Shown one piece after another: positions 9,024 to 18,468 of a stretch of 64,000 nt of DNA. The position numbers and the translations under genes are program-made. Location: positions 8,159 through 72,158 of the forward strand of contig JALNXE010000002.1 in the NCBI GenBank assembly GCA_023230525.1. The letters are read 5' to 3'. Within the stretch, counting starts at the first letter, position 1; each line of letters begins with the position of its first letter. This DNA is from Desulfobulbaceae bacterium (GTDB lineage Bacteria > Desulfobacterota > Desulfobulbia > Desulfobulbales > SURF-16). A model generated the notes under the pieces. The model made no database searches. It had not been told where the DNA came from and worked only from the letters and a program-made list of their open reading frames with translations.

Positions 9024-9890
9024 CTAGTTGGCGCTGAAATGGGGCCGCGGCTGGGCGGTGATATAGTCCGCCAGATCAAGGGCGTCCTCCACGGCGAGAT
9101 CCGGGTTGCCCAGGGGCATGTTGAGCTGGGCAAAGGCAGCCATGTTCACCGGCTTGTGCATGCCGGCCCCATCGTTAAAGGAGTCTTGGCCCCACAGGGG
9201 CGGACCGGCGGCGGTGCCTTCGCCGTTTTTGCCGTGGCAGGCGGAACACTTGACGCCATAAAGCTGCTCACCCCTGGTCTTGTCCGGAACATGGGTGCTC
9301 GGCAGGGGTTTTATGGTCAGCCAGGGGATCTCCGCGTAAACCGGCAGCCCCTTGGATATCCACTGGTAGTAGGTGACAATGGCGGTCATCTCCTTGCTTT
9401 CCTCGGGCAGTGGCCTGCCGTTCATGCTCCGTTTAAAGCAGTCGTTGGTGCGGGTGACCAGATCCACGGCATAGTCCTGCCGTTTGCGGTATTTGGGATA
9501 GGTGGCGCCCACGCCCACCAGGGACAGGCCGCCGTTTTTGCCCCCCTGGGTGAGGCCGGCCTTGAAATGGCAATTGCTGCAGGAGAGCTTGTTGCCCACA
9601 TACGGGGTGGCATATTTGCCGGTCTCCAGGAGGATGTTGTAGCCGAGCAGCACCGCTTCCCTGATGGCCGGCGGCGCATCCTGGGGAGAGGGCGGGGAAT
9701 AGGTGAGTGCTGCCGCGGGTTCCTGGATTGGGGCGGCCTGGGGCGGAAGGTTTGGCCCGGAAATCGGCGCGGTATCAGTGCCGGCGCCGCCAAGATTCAT
9801 GAACCGGCTGAAAAACACCGACAGGCCGGCGCCGAGAATTACCATGGCAACAGTGGTGATCAGAACAAAGGCCAGTCCGTTATTTTTCAT
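9024..9890 (-). CDS. Membrane-anchored dihaem c-type cytochrome
   Basis: 288-aa ORF. N-terminal TM/signal anchor 'LAFVLITTVAMVILGAGL'. Two haem-c motifs, 'CSNCH' and 'CSACHG'. First gene of a three-gene minus-strand cluster. Confidence 0.8.
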   Translation of the reverse strand: MKNNGLAFVLITTVAMVILGAGLSVFFSRFMNLGGAGTDTAPISGPNLPPQAAPIQEPAAALTYSPPSPQDAPPAIREAVLLGYNILLETGKYATPYVGNKLSCSNCHFKAGLTQGGKNGGLSLVGVGATYPKYRKRQDYAVDLVTRTNDCFKRSMNGRPLPEESKEMTAIVTYYQWISKGLPVYAEIPWLTIKPLPSTHVPDKTRGEQLYGVKCSACHGKNGEGTAAGPPLWGQDSFNDGAGMHKPVNMAAFAQLNMPLGNPDLAVEDALDLADYITAQPRPHFSAN

Positions 9891-10339
9891 TTCCTTTCAC
9901 CTGGTTAAAACGTGAAGCAAGCGAGAGCGCCGGGCCCGCGGAACTTCCTGGGCATTACCGGTCACTTTCATGGTCCAAAGGCCTGTTGTACACGCTCACC
10001 CCGTTGTTGTGCAAGTGACAATCAAGGGGTATCCGTTAAATTTTCGCCGGCAGGCTGGGGTGACGTTTATGGGAATCTTGCAGAATTGGTTTTACAGAGT
10101 TTTTTTCAAGGAAGGCGGGTTTTGGGGGCGCAACAACGATGGCTGGATTTTCTGCAGTACGGCTACCGCTCATCTGCCCGGCATGAAGACGATATTGCTG
10201 CCGCGGCAAAGCATCAACCTGCATCCACCCGGAAAACGGGGGCAAGTTGGCGGTGCCATGGGCGGCTGAACTTACAGCCCATGACACCGGGCATCAGACA
10301 TTGGCTGAGGGCGTGTTTTTTGTCCCGGAGTGCGTCGGT

Positions 10340-10507
10340 TTAGCTGCTGACCCGGCTGACACCCCGCTCCGCCGCACTCTCGGGAACCGGCTCGCCGATA
10401 ATAAAGCGGAGCAACATGCCGATGGGTGAGAAGAGAAGAGGGGCAACTACCCAAAGGAAAAGAGGGAAAAGCCAAAGGTAAACAATGAGTTCCGGATGGT
10501 ATAACAT
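10340..10507 (-). CDS. Possible 55-aa small hydrophobic protein (below the ORF-track size cutoff)
   Basis: Hand translation: MLYHPELIVYLWLFPLFLWVVAPLLFSPIGMLLRFIIGEPVPESAAERGVSRVSS, with a G-rich stretch upstream of the ATG. No family recognised. It could be chance. Confidence 0.2.
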   Translation of the reverse strand: MLYHPELIVYLWLFPLFLWVVAPLLFSPIGMLLRFIIGEPVPESAAERGVSRVSS

Positions 10508-11155
10508 GATCGCGCCCCCCTTTGCTGTGTTTAATGAGGTGAATCGCCCTGGGTTGGGAAAACCAATTTTGGCTGCCGGGTAACACTCTGTACTGCATCA
10601 ACAAAAGAGAAAACGTACTGCAACGGGCAGGATCAGGATGAAATGAAATGGCCGCCCGAGCCTGCCGATACCGCTACGAATCGGAAATTATAGTTTCATG
10701 TTAAGTGGTCAATTTGGACTTGTCAATATTTTTCGAGTGGCGGTATTTTTATTATCGTTAGGCGAAAAAACACCTAATGTCAACTAGTTGGAGTATTCAG
10801 GTGAGTTGTGCATTCTCTTGTCGATAGCCGTTCATCGGTCTTGGGCAAACGCGCGAATGGCAGAGGGATTTTGGGCAATTTTGAGGGAAAGAATGAATGA
10901 TCGGCAGACTGGGCCGGCCGCAGCTGTTATCTTTCCTGCCCAACGTGAACCGGGCAAGGTAAGTTTTAAAGGTAATCCTGCAGAATTGCTTTTTGCAGTT
11001 TTGCCTGAATATGGTAATGATTTTCCGAAAAACCTCATCTGATCTCATACCCTTCCCAATTAAACATGCATAGCCAGAAAAGGGTGCCGATAATTCCGGA
11101 TTGGAGCAGAAAAATTGTGGCTATCCCTTTCATTTAACGTAATAGTGTTTGGCAA

Positions 11156-13228
11156 ATGAACTCCGAAGAACTGAAACAACTTGAAAATGATCTCTGGCGC
11201 AGCGCCGACACCCTGCGGGCCAATTCCGACCTCAAGGCCAGTGAGTATTCCACCCCGGTGCTGGGGCTGATCTTCCTGAAATTCGCCGACAACCGCTACC
11301 GCCGGTATGAGAAGGAGATTCTCAAGGAATACGCCAGGCTCAAAGGAACGCGGCGGGAAAAACCCCTCAGCGACATCGCCGTCGAGAAGTCCGGCTTTTA
11401 TCTGCCGGATCATGCCCGCTATGACTATCTGCTCAACCTGCCGGAAGAACAGGACATAGCCAAGGCCATCAAAAAGGCCATGGAGGCCATCGAAGAGTAC
11501 AAGCAGGAGTTGCGCGGCGTCCTGCCCCAGGACGAATATTTCCGGCTGACCCGCACCGACCGGACCATCCCCGGCCAGTTGCTGAAGAACTTCGCCAATA
11601 TCCCGGCCGATGCCGAAGGCGACATCTTCGGCCAGATCTATGAATATTTTCTCGGCAATTTCGCCATGGCCGAGGGCCAGGGCGGCGGTGAGTTTTTTAC
11701 GCCCCGCTCGGTGGTGCGGCTGATGGTGGAGATCATCGAACCCTTCGGCGGCGCGGTCTTTGACCCGGCCTGCGGCTCCGGCGGCATGTTCGTCCAGTCG
11801 GCCAAGTTCATCGACCGCCACCGGGACGAACTGGTCAACGGCGACGGCGGCGATATCTATGTCTACGGCCAGGAAAAGACCCTGGAAACCGTCAAGCTGG
11901 CCAAGATGAACCTGGCGGTCAACGGCCTGCGCGGTGACGTCAAGCAGGCCAACACCTACTCTGATAATGTGCATGACAGCTTCGGCCGCTTTGACTATGT
12001 GCTGGCTAATCCACCCTTCAACGTGGATGAAGTCAATCTCAGCACTGTAGAAAAGGACCGGCGCTTCAACACCTACGGCATCCCCCGCAACAAGAGCAAG
12101 ATCAAGAAGGGCGAGCAGGGCAAGGAGACGGTGCCCAACGCCAACTACCTGTGGATCAACCTCTTCGCCACCTCGCTCAATGACAAGGGCCGGGCCGCCC
12201 TGGTCATGGCCAATTCCGCCTCCGATGCCCGCCACTCCGAGGCCGATATCCGCCGGGCGCTGATCGACAGCAACCTGATCTCCACCATGCTGACCCTGCC
12301 CTCCAACATGTTCTACACCGTCACCCTGCCGGCCACCCTGTGGTTTTTTGACAAGGCCAAGCAGGATGAGCGCATCCTGTTCATCGACAGCCGCAATATC
12401 TTCACCCAGATCGACCGGGCCCACCGGGAATTTTCCGAGGAGCAGATCAATAACATCGCCGTGGTCAGCCACCTGCGCCGGGGCAAGCGCCATAAATTCG
12501 TCCAGCTCATTGACCGCTATTTTGCGCAGGGCATGGAAAAGCTCAGCGAAAACAAGGAGAAGGTCGGCCCGGTGGCCGGGCAGCTCCTGGCGGTGCTGGA
12601 CAACAACGGCGGCAAACAGGCGGTGGCCGATCTGCTGGCCCAGTGGAGCGGGCTGAAAAAACTGCAGGTCCAGCATGATAAGTATCTCGCCGGGGAGGCC
12701 GGCGCAGCAGCCATCGACACAAAAAACGCGGCCCAGCAGCAATTGCGGCAGGCCTTCGACCCATTCTTCACCAGCCTGCACGAGGGGTTGAAACAGCTCG
12801 CCAGGATCATCCGCTGCCATGAAAAGGAACAGGCCGAGGTTGCCAAAAAGACCAACAAACGGCAGGCCGTGGATCGCAAGATCAAAGCCCTGAAAACTGC
12901 TCTGGAGGAACTGCAGGGTGAGGTGAAAACCGCCGAAAGCTTTTTCCGCCACATCCACTGGCTGCAGGAGCGTTTTCCCCAGGCGGAATATGCGGATGTC
13001 ACCGGACTGTGCAGGCTGGCCACCCCGGAGGAGGTCAGTGAGCAGGATTATTCCCTCAATCCCGGCCGCTATGTGGGGGTGGTGATCGAGGAGGATGGCA
13101 AGACTGAGGAGGAGTTTATTGAGGAATTACTGGCGATGAATGAGGAGCTGACGCGGCTGAATAACGCTTCAGGTGAATTAGAGACTGTGATTTCAAAGAA
13201 CATAGGACTGATGGTGGGAGAACAATGA
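11156..13228 (+). CDS. hsdM: Type I restriction-modification system, DNA methyltransferase subunit M
   Basis: 690-aa ORF. HsdM N-terminal domain 'LENDLWRSADTLRANSDLKASEY'. AdoMet motif 'VFDPACGSGGM'. Catalytic 'NPPFN'. 4-nt overlap with hsdS. Confidence 0.95.
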   Translation: MNSEELKQLENDLWRSADTLRANSDLKASEYSTPVLGLIFLKFADNRYRRYEKEILKEYARLKGTRREKPLSDIAVEKSGFYLPDHARYDYLLNLPEEQDIAKAIKKAMEAIEEYKQELRGVLPQDEYFRLTRTDRTIPGQLLKNFANIPADAEGDIFGQIYEYFLGNFAMAEGQGGGEFFTPRSVVRLMVEIIEPFGGAVFDPACGSGGMFVQSAKFIDRHRDELVNGDGGDIYVYGQEKTLETVKLAKMNLAVNGLRGDVKQANTYSDNVHDSFGRFDYVLANPPFNVDEVNLSTVEKDRRFNTYGIPRNKSKIKKGEQGKETVPNANYLWINLFATSLNDKGRAALVMANSASDARHSEADIRRALIDSNLISTMLTLPSNMFYTVTLPATLWFFDKAKQDERILFIDSRNIFTQIDRAHREFSEEQINNIAVVSHLRRGKRHKFVQLIDRYFAQGMEKLSENKEKVGPVAGQLLAVLDNNGGKQAVADLLAQWSGLKKLQVQHDKYLAGEAGAAAIDTKNAAQQQLRQAFDPFFTSLHEGLKQLARIIRCHEKEQAEVAKKTNKRQAVDRKIKALKTALEELQGEVKTAESFFRHIHWLQERFPQAEYADVTGLCRLATPEEVSEQDYSLNPGRYVGVVIEEDGKTEEEFIEELLAMNEELTRLNNASGELETVISKNIGLMVGEQ

Positions 13229-14463
13229 GCGAATGGAATAAAGTTCCCTTCGCGGATCTTCTGGTTGAAAGTAGGGATGGAGAGTGGGGGGAGGGACAAA
13301 GCGCAATTGGACATCAACTTTGCGAAGTTGTAAGAGGTACTGACTTCTCAGGTTTGCATGATCTGAAACTAGAGCTGCCTCGTCGTTGGATTAAGGATCG
13401 TTTGCTAGAACGAAAAAAGCTTCAGCCAGGAGATATTGTATTTGAAATGGCTGGTGGGACTGCAAAGCAATCCACGGGACGGAGTGCTTTACTTAATACA
13501 ACCTTTTTTGAAAAGCATAATAAGGTCCCAGTTCTTTGTGCAAGCTTCTGCCGGCATTTACGTTTAGATCAAGTGCGATATAGCCCCACGTTCATTTATT
13601 ACCTGCTCCAAGGGCTGTATGATGCCGGGTACATGGCTGTTTACAACATTCAACATACTGGCGTTTCCAGGTTTCAGTATACGTCATTTAAAAAAATGAC
13701 GGCTCTTAATGTTCCATCGATGCCCACACAGAAAAAAATCGCCGCCATCCTCTCCGCCTACGACGACCTGATCGAAAACAACAAACGCCGCATTGCCCTG
13801 CTGGAAAAGATGGCCGAGGAGATCTATTGCGAGTGGTTCGTGCGCTTCCGTTTCCCCGGCTATAAGCAGGCGAAGATGGTGAAGGGCGTGCCGGAGGGGT
13901 GGGCACAGAAAAGATTTGGCGATTTTTGCATGCTCCAGCGTGGTTATGACCTCCCTGATAAGCAAGTTGTTCCTGGACCTTACCCGGTTGTAGCCTCAAC
14001 CTCGATCAAGACACATCACCATCAATTTAAAGTAAAGCCTCCGGTTATTACTACGGGAAGATCGGGAAGTTTGGGAACGGTCCAGTATATATCCGAAAAT
14101 GCCTGGCCCTTGAATACGTGCCTGTATGTGAGGAATTTTTATGGCAATTCGAGTTATTTGGTCTATTACACCCTGAAAAACATGGGGCTTGAGAACTTTA
14201 ATGCTGGCGCTGGAGTGCCTTCTTTGAACCGTAATCATATCAACGGGATTTCTATTTTAATCCCCTCCAAACTATTGCAAAAACAGTTTGATTCGATAAT
14301 TGCCCCGCTATTTCATCAAAAAGAGCGGTTGGCGCAGGGAAATACGGTATTGGAGAAAACACGCGACCTCCTCCTCCCCCGCCTCATCTCCGGCAAACTC
14401 CCGGTGGAAAACCTCGACATCCATTTCCCGCCCGGCATGGAGGAGGCTATGCATGAAGGGTGA
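13225..14463 (+). CDS. hsdS: Type I R-M specificity subunit S
   Basis: 412-aa ORF with two lower-GC target-recognition halves. These are separated by the conserved helix 'KIAAILSAYDDLIENNKRRIALLEKMAEEIY' and end in 'LEKTRDLLLPRLISGKL'. Confidence 0.9.
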   Translation: MSEWNKVPFADLLVESRDGEWGEGQSAIGHQLCEVVRGTDFSGLHDLKLELPRRWIKDRLLERKKLQPGDIVFEMAGGTAKQSTGRSALLNTTFFEKHNKVPVLCASFCRHLRLDQVRYSPTFIYYLLQGLYDAGYMAVYNIQHTGVSRFQYTSFKKMTALNVPSMPTQKKIAAILSAYDDLIENNKRRIALLEKMAEEIYCEWFVRFRFPGYKQAKMVKGVPEGWAQKRFGDFCMLQRGYDLPDKQVVPGPYPVVASTSIKTHHHQFKVKPPVITTGRSGSLGTVQYISENAWPLNTCLYVRNFYGNSSYLVYYTLKNMGLENFNAGAGVPSLNRNHINGISILIPSKLLQKQFDSIIAPLFHQKERLAQGNTVLEKTRDLLLPRLISGKLPVENLDIHFPPGMEEAMHEG

Positions 14464-14482
14464 AAAGATGGGTACGGCGGTT

Positions 14483-14905
14483 TTACAACTCCCAGGGATT
14501 GAAGACCTGCGGGTAGGACGCGAAGTCCCGTACGTTGCGGGTGACGATGGTGAGGCCATGGCATTGGGCTATGGCCATGAGGAGCGCATCCATCACCGGC
14601 AGGGGCTGGCCGGCGAGTTCAGCTTGAGCGGCGATCTGTGCCCAGACGTGGAACGCGGCACTATCGAGCGGCAGGATGCGCCCGGCGAAGCGCTGCTCCA
14701 CCTTGCCCAGCCAGGCGGTGAGTCTCTGGCTGCGGCCAGGGTCGGTTGGGCGCAGCTTAAGGATGCCCTTTTCGATCTCGCCCAGGCTGATGAGACTGAT
14801 GAAGAGGCTTTCTTCGTCCTGCTGGTCCAGCCAGTCGATGACGTGTGGTGCGGGAACCTTCCTGGCGTATTCGGAAAGCACGCAGGTGTCGAGCAGCCAA
14901 CTCAT
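14483..14905 (-). CDS. vapC: PIN-domain toxin, VapC family (type II TA)
   Basis: 140-aa ORF beginning 'WLLDTCVLSE' with the conserved acidic residues of the PIN fold. 4-nt overlap with the upstream antitoxin gene. Confidence 0.9.
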   Translation of the reverse strand: MSWLLDTCVLSEYARKVPAPHVIDWLDQQDEESLFISLISLGEIEKGILKLRPTDPGRSQRLTAWLGKVEQRFAGRILPLDSAAFHVWAQIAAQAELAGQPLPVMDALLMAIAQCHGLTIVTRNVRDFASYPQVFNPWEL

Positions 14906-15153
14906 AATTCGAGGTCGCGGCCGGTGTCGCGGCTGCGGGAAAGGTCGAGGTCGTCGATGGCAAGCTCAGGGCGCAGCAGCGCGCTGGAGAGCTTGCCCCG
15001 CTGGCGGGTGAGCCGGGCGTATTCTTCCACCGAAACCACCACCGCCGTCGGCTTGCCGTGCACCGTCACCACCTGGGCCTCGCCGCCCGCCGCCCGTTTG
15101 ATGAGCTGGCTCAGGTTGCCCTTTGCTTCCTGCAGTTGCCATTCGCTGCGCAT
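14902..15153 (-). CDS. Phd/YefM-type antitoxin partner of VapC
   Basis: 83-aa ORF 'WQLQEAKGNLSQLIKRA...VVTVHGKPTAVVVSVEEYARL', typical of the Phd/YefM antitoxin N-domain. Translationally coupled to vapC. Confidence 0.85.
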   Translation of the reverse strand: MRSEWQLQEAKGNLSQLIKRAAGGEAQVVTVHGKPTAVVVSVEEYARLTRQRGKLSSALLRPELAIDDLDLSRSRDTGRDLEL

Positions 15154-15215
15154 AGTAACTCCTCCCTGTTCTGGTCTGTCTGGTCAGAATATAATACAAA
15201 CCCGGCAGGCAGGCA

Positions 15216-18200
15216 ATGGCTAACTTCATCTCCGAAGAGCAGATCGAGCAGGCCATGCTGGAGAAGCTGCACCAGTTCGGTTTTGAGCTGCTGAACTGCC
15301 ACACCGTTGATCCGGCTGATCTGCACGACGGATCGGGACGCCGCGATAAACGGGAGGTGATCTTTGCCGGCCGGCTGCGGGAGGCGGCCATCCGGCTCAA
15401 CCCCGCCATCCCGGAGGCGGCCATTGAGACGGCCCTGGCCCGATTGATTGACAAACGGCCGGCCATGACAGCCATTGCCGCCAACCGGGAGATTGACACC
15501 CTGATCCGGGACGGCATTCCGGTGGAGTTTGACAACGCAGAGGGCAAAAAAGAGCAGGAACGGGTGCGGGTGATCGACTTCAACCAACCGGAGAATAATC
15601 ACTTTCTGGCCGTGTCCCAGCTCTGGATCAGAGGTGAATTGTACTTTCGGCGGCCGGACATCCTGCTCTACATCAACGGCATCCCCCTGGTGTTCATCGA
15701 ACTGAAGAACTCCAACGTCAAACTCAAATCCGCCTATGACGACAACCTCACCAATTACAAAAAGGACATCCCCCAGCTCTTTTTGACCAACGGTCTGTGC
15801 ATCCTCTCCAATGGTATCGAGACCAAAGTGGGCAGCTGCACCGCCGGCTGGGAGCATTTTTTTCCCTGGCTGCGGGTGGCGGATGAAAAGGAAAAGGTGG
15901 ACCGGGAGCGGGTCAGGCGGGAAGGCACCAGCCTGGAATACGTGGCGGCCGGGCTCTGCGCGCCGGGCAGGCTGCTTGACTATGTGGAGAACTTCATCAT
16001 CTTCCACAAGGAAACCCAGAAGATCATCGCCATGAACCACCAGTTCCTCGGCGTCAACCGGGCCTATGCGGTCTTTCTGGAGCGGGCGGGGCGGCAGGGG
16101 AAACTCGGCGTCTTCTGGCACACTCAGGGGTCGGGCAAGAGCTTTTCCATGATCTTCTATAGCCGCAAGATTTTCCGCAAAGTCCCCGGCAACTTCACCT
16201 TTGTGGTGATCACTGACCGCGAGGACCTGGACGGCCAGATCTATCGCAACTTTCTCAACACCGGCACGGTTAAAAAACACGAGGCGGCCCAGCCCAAAAA
16301 CAGCGAGGAGATGCGCAGGTTCCTGGGCCGGAACAAGCGGATCGTCTTCACCCTGATCCAGAAGTTCCGCTATGACAAGGGCAAGGACTACCCGCTGCTC
16401 TCCGACCGGGACGACATCATCGTTATCGTCGACGAGGCGCACCGCACCCAGTACAAGTCCCTGGCCGAAAACATGCGGCATGGGCTGCCCAACGCCCAGT
16501 ACCTGGCCTTCACCGGCACGCCGCTGCTGGGCCGGGAGCGCAAGACCAACGCCTGGTTCGGCGATTACGTCAGCGAGTACAACTTCCAGCAGTCCATGGA
16601 CGAGGGCGCCACGGTGCCGCTTTTCTACCGCAAACGGGTGCCGGAGGTGTGCATCCAGAACGAGGAGTTGAGCGAGGAATTCTACCAGATACTGGAAGAG
16701 GAGAACCTGGACGAGAGCCAGCAGGCCAAGCTGGAGAAAAAATTCGCCGCCGAGATCGAGGTGATCAAGCGCGACGACCGGCTGGAGGCCATTGCCAGGG
16801 ACATCGTCTATCACTTTCCCCGCCGGGGCTATCTGGGCAAGGCCATGGTCGTCGCGGTGGACAAGTTCACGGCGGTGAGGATGCATGACAAGGTGCAGCG
16901 GTTATGGAAGGAGGAGATCAAAACCCTGGTGGGCCGCATCAAGAAGTCGGATAACGATCTGGAAAAGCACCGGCTGAAAAAGCTTGTCGAGTACATGCGA
17001 CGGGTGGAGATGGCGGTGGTGGTCAGCAGCGAGGCCGGGGAGGAAGAGAAATTCAAGGCCCGGAAGCTGGACATCAAACCGCACCGCACTCGCCTGGAGC
17101 AGGTGGACGAACACGGCCATGATATCGAGTACAACTTCAAGGACCCGGAGCACCCGCTGCAGCTGGTCTTTGTCTGCGCCATGTGGCTCACCGGCTTTGA
17201 TGCTCCCACCCTCTCCACCTTGTATCTCGATAAGCCGATGAAGGACCACACCCTGATGCAGACCATTGCCCGGGCCAACCGGGTGACCTCCTTTGCGATC
17301 AACGGGGTGGCGAAGCGCAACGGCGAGATCATCGATTACTACAACGTCTTCCGCAACATGAAAAAGGCGTTGCAGGACTATGCCCGGGGCGAGGAGGGGC
17401 TGGACGAATCCCCGGTCCGGGACAAGGAGGAGCTGTTCCGGCTGCTGGAGGACGCCATCGGCCAGGGTCTGGCCTTCTGCCGGGAACGGCGGATCGACAT
17501 TCCTGAAATCCTCGAAAATCGTAATGTCTTTAAAAACATCGGCCTGTTCAATGCCTACGCCGACACCCTGCTCGGCAATGACGAATGGCGCAAGAGCTTC
17601 AATGTCTATGAAAATACCATCTCGGCGCTCTATGAGGCCTGCAAGCCGGAAATCCTGGGCCGGGGCACCGGCCGGCTGGTGGCGGTTTTCCAGTACCTGC
17701 GCGGGGTGATCGAGAGCATCATCGACCGTCAGGATATCGAGGCGGTGAGCCTGCGCATCAGCGAACTGCTTGACGAAAGCGTGGTGGTCAATAAAACGGA
17801 ACAAGGGGTAGCCGGTCAGGAGACCCCCTCTTTTCAGATCGTCCAGACCGGCAGGACCTGGGATCTCAGCAAAATCGATTTTGACAAGCTCAAGGAAGAT
17901 TTTCGGCATGCCGCCTATAAGAATATCGAAATCGCCGACCTGCGCGCCTTCATTGGCGGCAAGATTACTCAGATGCTGCGGCAGAATATGACCCGTACCG
18001 ATTTTGCCCAAAAGCTGCAGACGATCATCGACGCCTATAACGCCGGCGGCTCGTCCACCGAGAATTATTATGATGACCTGATGAACCTTGCCAGGGGCTT
18101 GCAGGACGAGGATGAGCGGCATATCCGGGAAGGCCTGTCCGAGGACGAACTGGAACTTTTTGATCTGCTGAAAAAGGAGAAAATGACCAGGGAAGAGGAG

Positions 18201-18446
18201 CAAAAGGTCAAGCTGGCCGCCAAGTCCCTGCTGCACCGGCTGCTGGAGGAACATCCCAGGGTGCTGATCCAGGACTGGTACAAGGATACCCATACCAGGG
18301 CCATTGTCCGCTCCACGGTTGAGCGGATTTTGGATGAACAACTGCCCGACAGTTACGACCGGCTGCTGTTCAAGGAAAAATGCGACAGCATCTTTGACAT
18401 GATGCTGCAGTATGCCAACAGCGGCCAGAAGTGGGCGGCCGCCTGA
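15216..18446 (+). CDS. hsdR: Type I restriction enzyme, R (helicase/nuclease) subunit
   Basis: 1076-aa ORF. N-terminal nuclease region 'RPDILLYINGIPLVFIELK'. Walker A-like 'HTQGSGKS'. DEAH box 'IVDEAHRTQ'. Helicase C motifs 'TGFDAP' and 'QTIARANR'. Confidence 0.95.
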   Translation: MANFISEEQIEQAMLEKLHQFGFELLNCHTVDPADLHDGSGRRDKREVIFAGRLREAAIRLNPAIPEAAIETALARLIDKRPAMTAIAANREIDTLIRDGIPVEFDNAEGKKEQERVRVIDFNQPENNHFLAVSQLWIRGELYFRRPDILLYINGIPLVFIELKNSNVKLKSAYDDNLTNYKKDIPQLFLTNGLCILSNGIETKVGSCTAGWEHFFPWLRVADEKEKVDRERVRREGTSLEYVAAGLCAPGRLLDYVENFIIFHKETQKIIAMNHQFLGVNRAYAVFLERAGRQGKLGVFWHTQGSGKSFSMIFYSRKIFRKVPGNFTFVVITDREDLDGQIYRNFLNTGTVKKHEAAQPKNSEEMRRFLGRNKRIVFTLIQKFRYDKGKDYPLLSDRDDIIVIVDEAHRTQYKSLAENMRHGLPNAQYLAFTGTPLLGRERKTNAWFGDYVSEYNFQQSMDEGATVPLFYRKRVPEVCIQNEELSEEFYQILEEENLDESQQAKLEKKFAAEIEVIKRDDRLEAIARDIVYHFPRRGYLGKAMVVAVDKFTAVRMHDKVQRLWKEEIKTLVGRIKKSDNDLEKHRLKKLVEYMRRVEMAVVVSSEAGEEEKFKARKLDIKPHRTRLEQVDEHGHDIEYNFKDPEHPLQLVFVCAMWLTGFDAPTLSTLYLDKPMKDHTLMQTIARANRVTSFAINGVAKRNGEIIDYYNVFRNMKKALQDYARGEEGLDESPVRDKEELFRLLEDAIGQGLAFCRERRIDIPEILENRNVFKNIGLFNAYADTLLGNDEWRKSFNVYENTISALYEACKPEILGRGTGRLVAVFQYLRGVIESIIDRQDIEAVSLRISELLDESVVVNKTEQGVAGQETPSFQIVQTGRTWDLSKIDFDKLKEDFRHAAYKNIEIADLRAFIGGKITQMLRQNMTRTDFAQKLQTIIDAYNAGGSSTENYYDDLMNLARGLQDEDERHIREGLSEDELELFDLLKKEKMTREEEQKVKLAAKSLLHRLLEEHPRVLIQDWYKDTHTRAIVRSTVERILDEQLPDSYDRLLFKEKCDSIFDMMLQYANSGQKWAAA

Positions 18447-18468
18447 TGAAAAGGAGGAAACGTGCCTT

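Noticed and set aside
7646-9133. Longer N-terminal extensions offered by the ORF track for several genes: 7646-9133, 24658-25329, 30017-30805, 31173 start, 38412-40136, 40498-41676, 47291 start, 54408-56660 and 62298-62882.
   Set aside because: Internal starts give canonical family N-termini, have good RBS sequences, and avoid overlap with upstream genes or repeats. The extensions are low-complexity.
9912-11048. Several 60-143-aa ORFs on both strands in the 9.9-11.1 kb spacer (for example 9912-10343, 10272-10604 and 10788-11042).
   Set aside because: They overlap one another in different frames and have no motifs or RBS. The region looks like AT-richer junction DNA flanking the R-M island. 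I also looked for tRNA- or ncRNA-like features there and could not support any.
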